13,866 bases of DNA from Nitrospinota bacterium. Lineage in GTDB: Bacteria; UBA8248. The notes beneath the pieces were generated by a model. It searched no databases, was not told the DNA's origin, and was given only the letters and a program-made list of their open reading frames with translations. The stretch is from positions 1 through 13,866 of the forward strand of contig JAYGFR010000255.1 in assembly GCA_046581755.1 (NCBI GenBank), in the 5' to 3' direction. Numbering within the stretch: position 1 is the first letter of the stretch; every line of letters starts with the position of its first letter. The position numbers and the translations under genes were made by a program. Shown one piece after another: positions 6,703-13,866 of this stretch.

Positions 6703-9582
6703 CTAATCCTGGAGCGCGTCCGCCAGAACCTCAGCGATGTGCCGCGTCCCGCGGCCGGTGCCGTGGGCGATCTGCTGGCGGCAGGAAGCGCCGTTGGCGA
6801 TGATGTCCACGTCCCCGCCGCTTTCCCGGACCGCTGGAAACAGCTTCAGCTCTCCGATTGTCAGCGAAATGTCGTAATGCTCTTTTTCGTAGCCGAACGA
6901 GCCCGCCATGCCGCAGCAGCCCGAGGGGATTTCCTCCGTCTCCAGGCCGGGGATGAGGCCCAGGACCTCGAGCGAGGGGCCTGTCCCGACGAGGGATTTC
7001 TGGTGGCAATGGCCGTGAAACAGCGCCTTGCCGGAACGCTCGCGAAAGCGCAGATCGAGCTCGTCCTTTTCCTTGAGTTGGAGAAGGAATTCCTCGAGCA
7101 GAAAAACGGAATCGGCGAGCCGGCGCGTGTCATCGCCGACGATGAGGTCGGGATACTCGTCCCGCATGGTCAACACACAGCTCGGCTCCACCCCAACGAT
7201 GGGAAGGCCCGCGCGGATCGCCCCCGTGAGGCGCATCAGGTTATCGGCGGCCATGTCCCGCGCCTCGCGGAGGAGGCCGCTCGATATCTGGGGGCGTCCG
7301 CAGCATCCCATCTCGGCGAGGGACACCTCGAAACCGGCGGCTTCGAGAACGCGGACGGCGGCCCGGCCGATTTCGGGATAGTTATAGTTCGTGAATGTGT
7401 CGTTCATGAACAGCACCTTGCCGCGCGCTGCCGGCGAGGCGGGGCGCGAGCGGCCCCGGAACCATTCCTCGAACGTCTCGGCCGCAAGCGGGGCGAGGGT
7501 GCGCCGCTTGTCCACGCCCAGGAAGCGGTCCAGTAGCGAGCGGATGAATCCGTTGCGGAAGGTCCAGTTGACCAGGGTGGCGAAGGGGCGGCTGAGCCGG
7601 TTGATCCGGGCGATGCGCCCGAAGAGGCGAACCCGGACGGGGACGCCGTGGCGGTCCCAGTGGGCCTGCATCACCTCGGCCTTGATCTTGGCCATGTCCA
7701 CGCTGGAGGGGCATTCGGCCTTGCATCCCTTGCAGCCCAGGCACAGATCCATCACCTCGTAGAGGCGCTTGCTGGCGATGTCCTCGCCGGGGAGGCCCTG
7801 CGAGATGACCTCGCGCAGGGCGTTGGTCCGGCCCCGGGTCGAGTGTTCTTCCTCGTGGGTGGCCTGGTAGGAGGGGCACATCGTCCCGTCCCGTTTCCGG
7901 CAGGCCCCCACCCCGTTGCACATCTCGACCGCGCGCGCGAACCCGCCGTCCTTCGAGAAGTCCATGATGGTGGGGATGGGGACGGTTTTGTATTGCGGGT
8001 TGATTCTCAGGTTGTTTGTGAACGGGTCGCCGTCCACGATTTTTCCCGGGTTCATGAGACCTTCGGGGTCGAAGGCGCGCTTGACCTCGCGGAAGGCCTC
8101 GTAGAGCTTGGGGCCGAAAAATTTGGGGACCAGATGGCTCCGGGCCAGGCCGTCCCCGTGTTCCCCGCTCATGGCGCCGCCGAATTCCAGCACGAGGTCC
8201 GCCGTCTGTTTCTGAATGGAGACCATCTTTTTGATCTCGGATTCGACCTTGGGGTTGATCGAGGGGCGGATATGAATGAGTCCGACGCTGGAGTGCCCAT
8301 AGTAGGAGCCCTGGGTATCGTGGGCGCGGATGATTTGATCCAGCTTCCGGTAGTAGCCGAGGAGGTTTTCGGGCGAGACCGCGCAGTCCTCGATAAAGGC
8401 GAGGGGTTTTTTATCTCCCTTGACCCCGAGGAGGAACCCCAGGCCGGCCTTGCGGACGTTCGATACGGCGGCCTGTCCGGCGGCGTCGAGGAGGGGGATG
8501 CGTGCGTAGCCGATCTCTTCGCGCTCCAACTCGGCGAGAAGGCCCTCGACCTTCTCCCGGACGCCGTCCGCGTCCTCGCCGAAGAAAACGACCTGGAGGG
8601 TGGCGCCCGGGTCGCCCTCCATGAACGAGGTCATCCAGCGCCTCGCCTCGATGTTCTGCTGCGCCAAACCGAGAAGGATGCGGTCCATGATCTCGAGGGC
8701 GGCGGGCTTGTGGGCCAGTATCATGGCGCTCGCGGCCAGCGCCCGCTCGACCGAATCGAAATGGATGACCAGCGATCCCCGCGCATTCGGGCAAGGGCAG
8801 ATTTTCACCTTGGCCTCGGTGACGGTGGCGAGGGTGCCCTCTGAGCCGACGATGAATTGGGCGAGATTAAAGGGTCCCTCCTTGATCAGCTCATCGAGGT
8901 TGTATCCCGATACGCGCCGCATGATCTTGGGGTAGCGATCCTCGATCTCCTGGCGGTGCTCATTGGCGAGGCGGTGGAGAGTGCGATAGATCTCCCCGGT
9001 GCGCGAATGTTCGGCGAGTTTTTCCTGAAATGCCTCCTCGTCAAGCGGCCCGAAGGCGAACGGCTCTCCGCCCGAGAAAAATCCCGATACCTCGATGACG
9101 TGATCGATGGTTTTGCCGTAGACGAGCGATTCCGAGCCCGAGGAGTTGTTTCCGATCATGCCCCCGAGAGTGGCCCGGCTGCTGGTGGAGGTGTTGGGGC
9201 CGAAGACGAATCCGTGGGGCCGGAGGTAGTCGTTGAAATGATCCTGGACGAGGCCGGGCTGAACCCGCGCCCACTCCTCCTCGAGGTTGTGTTCGAGCAC
9301 ACGGTTCATGTATTTCGAAAAGTCGATGACGACGGCCTTGCCGATGGTCTGGCCGGCGAGGCTGGTGCCCCCGCCCCGGGGAAGAACGGCCGCCCGGTGG
9401 CGGGCCGATATCTCGAGGGTGCGCCGCACATCCTCGTCCGAGCGGGGAAGGACGACGCCCACCGGCTCGATCCGGTACATGCTCGCGTCCGTGCTGTAGA
9501 GTTTCCGGGAATAGTTGTCGAAGCGGACCTCTCCCTCCACCGAGGCCTTTAATTCGCCTTCGAGAGTCTCCGGGCCTGCCAT
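6703..9582 (-). CDS. FAD-binding and Fe-S oxidoreductase (YdiJ / GlcD-GlcF fusion type 2-hydroxyacid dehydrogenase family), 959 aa
   Basis: YSTDASMY, PRGGGTSLAGQ, TLGGMIGNNSSG, VGSEGTL, SGEHGDG, MNPGKI. Ferredoxin motifs CNGVGAC..MCPS and CLGCKGCKAECP. CCG domains GCCGRP, HGHCHQK, GCCGMAGSFGYE. ATG 9582 has a GGAG upstream; the ORF-track extension to 9783 is low-complexity. Confidence 0.93.
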   Translation of the reverse strand: MAGPETLEGELKASVEGEVRFDNYSRKLYSTDASMYRIEPVGVVLPRSDEDVRRTLEISARHRAAVLPRGGGTSLAGQTIGKAVVIDFSKYMNRVLEHNLEEEWARVQPGLVQDHFNDYLRPHGFVFGPNTSTSSRATLGGMIGNNSSGSESLVYGKTIDHVIEVSGFFSGGEPFAFGPLDEEAFQEKLAEHSRTGEIYRTLHRLANEHRQEIEDRYPKIMRRVSGYNLDELIKEGPFNLAQFIVGSEGTLATVTEAKVKICPCPNARGSLVIHFDSVERALAASAMILAHKPAALEIMDRILLGLAQQNIEARRWMTSFMEGDPGATLQVVFFGEDADGVREKVEGLLAELEREEIGYARIPLLDAAGQAAVSNVRKAGLGFLLGVKGDKKPLAFIEDCAVSPENLLGYYRKLDQIIRAHDTQGSYYGHSSVGLIHIRPSINPKVESEIKKMVSIQKQTADLVLEFGGAMSGEHGDGLARSHLVPKFFGPKLYEAFREVKRAFDPEGLMNPGKIVDGDPFTNNLRINPQYKTVPIPTIMDFSKDGGFARAVEMCNGVGACRKRDGTMCPSYQATHEEEHSTRGRTNALREVISQGLPGEDIASKRLYEVMDLCLGCKGCKAECPSSVDMAKIKAEVMQAHWDRHGVPVRVRLFGRIARINRLSRPFATLVNWTFRNGFIRSLLDRFLGVDKRRTLAPLAAETFEEWFRGRSRPASPAARGKVLFMNDTFTNYNYPEIGRAAVRVLEAAGFEVSLAEMGCCGRPQISSGLLREARDMAADNLMRLTGAIRAGLPIVGVEPSCVLTMRDEYPDLIVGDDTRRLADSVFLLEEFLLQLKEKDELDLRFRERSGKALFHGHCHQKSLVGTGPSLEVLGLIPGLETEEIPSGCCGMAGSFGYEKEHYDISLTIGELKLFPAVRESGGDVDIIANGASCRQQIAHGTGRGTRHIAEVLADALQD

Positions 9583-9700
9583 CAATTTCCGCTCCGCAAG
9601 AAGGGCGCTTCCTCCCGCGCGGGCGCCGCTGGAGGCCCGCGGAGAGACGGCGGTGGGGATTTTTCGTTCCAGGGGGAGGCGTCCTGAAATTCCGGACCGC

Positions 9701-9729
9701 ATCATATGAGGGTCCGGGCGGGGTGGCAA
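9701..9729 (-). promoter_or_regulatory. Putative sigma70 promoter for the FAD/Fe-S oxidoreductase (TTGCCA-N17-TATGAT)
   Basis: -35 at 9729-9724 and -10 at 9706-9701, each 5/6 consensus, 17-nt spacer. Confidence 0.65.
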
Positions 9730-9785
9730 GATGGGGAGGGTGGTGCCCGTGTGTCCCGCCCGAGAGGGTGCATCCGGCTTCACCG

Positions 9786-9814
9786 TTGCGAAATCGCGTC
9801 CCGGACCCTATGGT
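9786..9814 (+). promoter_or_regulatory. Putative sigma70 promoter for bioB (TTGCGA-N17-TATGGT)
   Basis: -35 at 9786-9791, -10 at 9809-9814, 17-nt spacer, 48 nt upstream of the bioB ATG. Confidence 0.55.
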
Positions 9815-9862
9815 AGGAGCCGAATCAGGCGTGCCTGCGGTGAATCGAACCAAGAGGGATGA

Positions 9863-10882
9863 ATGGACTATCGGGAGTTGGCGGACCGGGTGATGGGTGG
9901 CGAGGGCCTCTCGCGGGAGGAAGGGGAAGCGATTCTCGATTCTCCGGATGAGGACCTGCTTGTCCTGCTGGACGGGGCTTTCCAAATTCGCCTCCGGTAT
10001 TTCGGGCGCTCGGTTCAGATTCACCAGTTGATGAACGCGAAAAGCGGGATGTGCCCGGAGGATTGCTCGTATTGCTCCCAGTCGGCCGTCTCGGAGGCGG
10101 AGGTCGAAATATACGGCCTTCTGGACCGCGAGCGCCTGGCCGAGGGGGCCCGGCGGGCGATCGATGCCGGCTCGCGGCGCTACTGCATGGTGATCAGCGG
10201 CAGGGGGCCGACCGACGCTGAGATCGACCATCTCGTGGAGGCGGTCCGGGAAATCAAGGAAACCTCCGGCCTGAGCATCTGTCTTTCGCTGGGGTTGCTG
10301 GACGAGAAGAAGGCCCGCCGCCTGAAGGATGCCGGTGTGGACCGCCTCAATCACAACCTCAACACGGGCGAAGGGTATTATCCCGAAATCTGCTCCACCC
10401 ACACCTACGCAGACCGGATGGAAACGCTGGCCGCCGCCCGGAGGGCGGGGCTGGAGCTTTGCTCGGGTGTGATTTTCGGGCAGGGGGAGCGCCGGGAGGA
10501 TATTCTCGATGTTTGCGAGGCGCTCCGCGCGATGGCGCCCGAGTCGATTCCTGTCAATTTCCTCCACGCCATTCCCGCCACCCCGCTGGAGGGGATTCCC
10601 CCCCTGGGGCCGGTTCAATGCCTGCGGCTTTTGTGCCTGATGCGGTTCTACAATCCGCGCTCAGAGATTCGGGTCGCCGGCGGGCGCGAGGTCCAGCTCC
10701 GCGAACACCAGGCGATGGCGCTCTATCCCGCCAACTCTCTTTTCGTGTCGGGCTACCTCACGACGCCGGGCCAATCGGCGGAGGACGCCCACCGGATGAT
10801 CCGCGATATGGGATTTGAGGTGGATTTTGCCGGACATTCGGACCCTCATTTCGAGGTCCGGCCGGAGCCGGCTTCCGCCTGA
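9863..10882 (+). CDS. bioB: Biotin synthase (radical SAM), 339 aa
   Basis: [17 protein letters not shown] (CxxxCxxC), [56 protein letters not shown]. Confidence 0.97.
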   Translation: MDYRELADRVMGGEGLSREEGEAILDSPDEDLLVLLDGAFQIRLRYFGRSVQIHQLMNAKSGMCPEDCSYCSQSAVSEAEVEIYGLLDRERLAEGARRAIDAGSRRYCMVISGRGPTDAEIDHLVEAVREIKETSGLSICLSLGLLDEKKARRLKDAGVDRLNHNLNTGEGYYPEICSTHTYADRMETLAAARRAGLELCSGVIFGQGERREDILDVCEALRAMAPESIPVNFLHAIPATPLEGIPPLGPVQCLRLLCLMRFYNPRSEIRVAGGREVQLREHQAMALYPANSLFVSGYLTTPGQSAEDAHRMIRDMGFEVDFAGHSDPHFEVRPEPASA

Positions 10883-10896
10883 AGGAGACGCCCCCG

Positions 10897-11593
10897 GTGA
10901 TCGTCTCCATCCACCAGCCCGCCTACCTTCCCTGGCTTGGCTACTTTCACAAGATCCTGCGGTCGGATGTTTTCGTCTTTCTCGATACCGTCCAGCTCGA
11001 AAAAAACGGCTTTTGCCAACCGCAACCGGGTTCGCACCCGCTCGGGCGTGCGATGGCTGACCGTCCCCCTCCTGATAAAGGGGCACATGGGCCGGTCCAT
11101 CCGGGGGATGCAGATCAACCAGGCGGCCGGCTGGCAGCGCAAGCACCTGCGAACGATGGAGCAGGCCTACCGGCACCGACCCCACTATGATCGCTAGGCG
11201 GCCGAAATCGGGGAGTTGATCGAGAGCGCGGGCAATTCGCTCGGTGATTTTTTTTTCGCGATACTCGGTTATTTTCTGGAAAAATCGGGCCTGGGCGGGA
11301 AGAAAATCCTGCGCGCCTCCGAGATGGGAGCCGAGGGAAGCCGGTCGGACCTTCTGGCCAAAATCGCCCGGGAGGCGGGCGCCGATGTTTATCTGTCCGG
11401 TGTCGCGGGGAGGGAGTACCTGGATCGCTCCCCGTTTGAGGCGGCGGGAATCGAGGTGGCTTTCCAGGAGTTCCGCCATCCCGAATACGATTAGGGCTAT
11501 CCGGATTTCGAGCCCAACATGGGCATCGCCGATGCGTTGTTCAACCTGGGCGGCGAGGCGATCGTTCCCCTGCTCGAGGAGGCGGAGGAATAA
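10897..11593 (+). pseudogene. WbqC family protein, disrupted by a +1 frameshift and two in-frame TAG stops
   Basis: AGGAG RBS then GTG start. [16 protein letters not shown]...DTVQ, an extra T in TTTT (11011-11014) shifting to ANRNRV...WLTVP, TAG at 11195-11197, YLSGVAGREYLD, HPEYD*GYPDFEPNMGIADALFNLG with TAG at 11492-11494, final TAA at 11591-11593. Confidence 0.9.
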
Positions 11594-11641
11594 GGGAAGG
11601 CTGTGATCCCCCCCGGGACCCCTCCGGCGGGGCGGGCGTTC

Positions 11642-12835
11642 CTACTCGAAGTCCAGCGTCTTGGCGTCGATGCCGAGGGCGATTTTGCCCACCGTTTCGA
11701 GGCATCGGTCGTTCGCGGGTGGCATGACCAGCCCCGCCATCGCGTCGCGCAGGTGGCGCTCGAGCGGAAAGGAACGGAGAAGGCCCCGCCCGCCGCACAG
11801 ACGGATTCCCCTCTCGGCGAGTTCTTTCGCCGCCTCGGTTGCCAGGTATTTGGCCTGGTTGAGGATGAAGGTCAACTCCATCTTGCTCAGGTTTCCCCGG
11901 AGCATGCCGAGTTTTTCGGTGGCCCGGCGCGCGTTTTCGATGAGCATGGACATCTCGCCTATCTGCCGCTGAATCCGATCGGAGTGGGCGAGGGAATTTT
12001 CCATCCCCTTGAACTTGGTCTTTTTCGCGTAGTCGATGCAGAATTCGTAGGCCGCCTCGGCGATGCCGATGTAAACGGCGGTATAGCCGAGTGACCATAT
12101 GCTCATGTCCTTGCCCAGGATGCTGCCCGGCTCGCCGATAACCTCATCGGGGGTGACTTCCACGTTGTGGAACATGATGGAGTTCGAGACCGTACCCCGC
12201 ATCCCGATGGTGTCCCAGTCATCGATGATCTCGATGCCCTCGCGGTCCGACGGTACCATGACGTTGAGCAGGCCTTCATGAATGTCCTTCGAGCCGTCGA
12301 TGAAGCTCCAAGTGAAGTAGTGGGTCGCGCCTGTCGAAAGGGAGCAGAAATGTTTTTTGCCGTTGAGCCTGTACACGCCGTTTTCCTTGCGGATAGAGGT
12401 TCGTATGGCGAGCTTGTCCCTGAACGAGGAGCCCGGCTCGCTCGTGATGGAGGCGAAGATGGCGTTGTCCTCCACCACGGCCCGAAAGTAGCGCTCCATC
12501 TGCTCCGGGCTGGCGATCTGGAGCATGAAATCCACGATGGCGCTGTGCATGTTGAAGGTCAGCCCCGTGGCGGCGCATCCTTTCGATATTTTCGAGAGGA
12601 CCGTGACATAGGTGAGCGAGTCGGCCCCGATGCCTCCGAATTCCTTGGGCACGGACAGGGCGAGAAGGCCGGCTTCGGCGAGGTCTTTATAGTTTTCGGT
12701 CGGGAAACAGGATTCTCGGTCGATCATCTGCGCGCGCGGGGCGAATTTCTCGCGGCTCAACTCTTCGGCGATATCGACCCATTTTTGACTTTCAGGAGAC
12801 AGTCGCGGGGTCAGGCTGTTCATTGCTGGTTTCAT
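11642..12835 (-). CDS. Acyl-CoA dehydrogenase-superfamily flavoprotein (YdbM/SfnB/DszC-like, probably not a classical ACAD)
   Basis: GLLALSVPKEFGGIG, CAATGLTFNMH, ASITSEPG, YRLNGKKHFCS, DWDTIGMRGTVSN, AVYIGIAEAA, PLERHLRDAMAGLVMPP. Start uncertain (ATG 12835 or 12823). Confidence 0.88.
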   Translation of the reverse strand: MKPAMNSLTPRLSPESQKWVDIAEELSREKFAPRAQMIDRESCFPTENYKDLAEAGLLALSVPKEFGGIGADSLTYVTVLSKISKGCAATGLTFNMHSAIVDFMLQIASPEQMERYFRAVVEDNAIFASITSEPGSSFRDKLAIRTSIRKENGVYRLNGKKHFCSLSTGATHYFTWSFIDGSKDIHEGLLNVMVPSDREGIEIIDDWDTIGMRGTVSNSIMFHNVEVTPDEVIGEPGSILGKDMSIWSLGYTAVYIGIAEAAYEFCIDYAKKTKFKGMENSLAHSDRIQRQIGEMSMLIENARRATEKLGMLRGNLSKMELTFILNQAKYLATEAAKELAERGIRLCGGRGLLRSFPLERHLRDAMAGLVMPPANDRCLETVGKIALGIDAKTLDFE

Positions 12836-12851
12836 ACCCCCTGATAAGAAG

Positions 12852-12890
12852 GGAAATTTGGCGCCCGCGGCGGGACACATCCAGATTTCC
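12852..12890. repeat. Imperfect intercistronic hairpin between the LLM remnant and the ACAD gene
   Basis: GGAAATTTGG and CCAGATTTCC (9/10 inverted) enclose an inner CCCG-cgg-CGGG stem. Confidence 0.35.
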
Positions 12891-12913
12891 GTGGTTGAAC
12901 GAATTCGGCTCCG

Positions 12914-13525
12914 TCAAGATGCCAGAATGGAGGCCGGCTCTTCAATCGTTGTGGGATCGGTGTCCTTGAGCAGGGGCATGATGTCGCGGCCGAAGCGTTC
13001 GGCCTCCACGCCCGCCTCGACGTACTCCTTCAGGGCCGCGGCGATCATGTCCGGCGTGCCGACAAGGGAGGCTCCCGCCCCGGCACGGACACGGTTGACG
13101 CCCATCCAGAGCGTGTCCGTGATCCACAGCGATTTGCCCCCGGCGAGATCGTTCACGCGCATTTGCCCCACGCTCTCGGTGTTGTTCTTCATGTCGGCCC
13201 AGGTGCCGGTGTTGGCGATATCGCTCCCCTCGATGAGGGCATCGGCGTCGCGCCGGGCCTCCTCTTTCGTGTCGCGGCAGAGCACATGGAGCCGAATTCC
13301 CATCTTGATTTCGTTTTCGCGGCCAAGCTCGGCTGCGCGCCGCTTCATGTCCGCCACATCGCCGGCGATGGTTTCGAGCTCGACGGCGTACATCATGTGG
13401 CTGTCGGAGTGTTCGGCCCCGACCCTGCGCCCAGCCTCGGAGCTTCCGCCCATGTATACCTTCGGGAAAGGTTTGGAGGTGGAATCCGGGAAAAAGGAGG
13501 CATCCCGGATATCGTAGAATTTCCC
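12914..13525 (-). pseudogene. Luciferase-like (LLM) flavin monooxygenase, SsuD-like; C-terminal remnant only, with an apparent internal in-frame deletion
   Basis: Frame reads GKFYDIRDASFFP...KPFPKVYMGGSSEAG...GIRLHVLCRDTKEEA...ESVGQMR...LWMGVNRVRAGAGASLVGTP, all SsuD-like motifs. In-frame TAG at 13528-13526 immediately upstream and no N-terminal half. The FILSGYPH-type segment is missing between EAGV and EAERF. Confidence 0.85.
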
Positions 13526-13530
13526 CTAAT

Positions 13531-13682
13531 AGAGACTGCTGAAAAAGTCCCAAAGTGAGCTTCTCCGGACCGATAAAATATCCAATAGTAGCAAATTATA
13601 TAGAAAAGATTCTATTATGATATGATTTTGGGGGGAATATCTCTTGCCGAATGTCCCCTAGAATAGTTTTTCAGCGGTCTCT
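13531..13682. mobile_element. MITE-like non-autonomous element or IS remnant, 152 bp, 16-bp terminal inverted repeats
   Basis: AGAGACTGCTGAAAAA (13531-13546) versus TTTTTCAGCGGTCTCT (13667-13682), 15/16 inverted match. AT-rich non-coding interior. It sits at the truncation point of the LLM gene. Confidence 0.7.
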
Positions 13683-13827
13683 TATATATAAAGTCTATCG
13701 GATAACAAGCGAACCTCATTATCGAAAAATGGGTTCGGTAAACAATCTCGTCTTGGCCGGGATGGAAAATTTCACTACTTGTTCAGCTAACCTTTTTCGT
13801 GACGATTGAACGAATATGGAGAGTCCA

Positions 13828-13866
13828 ATGCCTCAACTCATCGATCTTTCAATGCCGGTTCATCAG
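13828..13866 (+). CDS. Probable cyclase / kynurenine formamidase-family protein, 3'-partial (first 13 codons)
   Basis: GGAGAG RBS then ATG. MPQLIDLSMPVHQ matches the IDLSxP N-terminus typical of the cyclase family. Only 13 residues are visible. Confidence 0.55.
   Translation, partial: MPQLIDLSMPVHQ

Noticed and set aside
9583..9783. 67-aa N-terminal extension of the FAD/Fe-S oxidoreductase
   Set aside because: Low-complexity sequence, family homology starts after 9582, and a good promoter candidate lies inside it.
9041..10618. 525-aa minus-strand ORF and other long overlapping ORFs (2428-3366, 3610-4497, 5006-5923, 7648-8844, 10661-11479)
   Set aside because: Antisense or alternate-frame shadows of well-supported genes, with no family motifs; expected in high-GC DNA.
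11195..11494. Two in-frame TAG codons in wbqC as evidence of amber recoding or pyrrolysine
   Set aside because: The same gene also has a frameshift. TAG is the normal stop of four intact genes here (ending at 730, 4612, 6703 and 11642). No pyl genes or suppressor tRNA are visible.
12914..13453. 179-aa ORF as an intact small protein
   Set aside because: The Met is internal (VYMGGSS), homology continues upstream to 13525, and the fold is incomplete.

Overview
GC-rich bacterial chromosomal window made mostly of accessory metabolic genes. Left to right: 3' end of an Fsr-like MFS transporter (+); an orphan LivK-type ABC substrate-binding protein (-) followed by a 24-bp strand-specific hairpin; an M24 (Xaa-Pro peptidase-fold) protein with most canonical metal ligands replaced (-); a TauE/SafE permease (-); a MOSC protein (-) divergent from a MocR/GabR-type regulator (+) with a repeat-containing operator region; a large FAD/Fe-S oxidoreductase (YdiJ/GlcD-GlcF type, -) divergent from biotin synthase bioB (+); a WbqC-family pseudogene with one frameshift and two TAG stops (+); an acyl-CoA dehydrogenase-fold flavoprotein lacking the usual catalytic Glu motif (-); and a decayed SsuD-like luciferase-type monooxygenase (-). 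The monooxygenase's 5' half is lost at a 152-bp AT-rich element with 16-bp terminal inverted repeats (MITE-like). The window ends in the first 13 codons of a probable cyclase-family gene (+). No rRNA, tRNA, CRISPR array or transposase is seen. I cannot claim a clearly new system. The best candidates for novelty are the non-canonical M24 enzyme, the MocR-MOSC-TauE module, the MITE and several cis-elements. Family assignments come from recalled motifs, not database searches.
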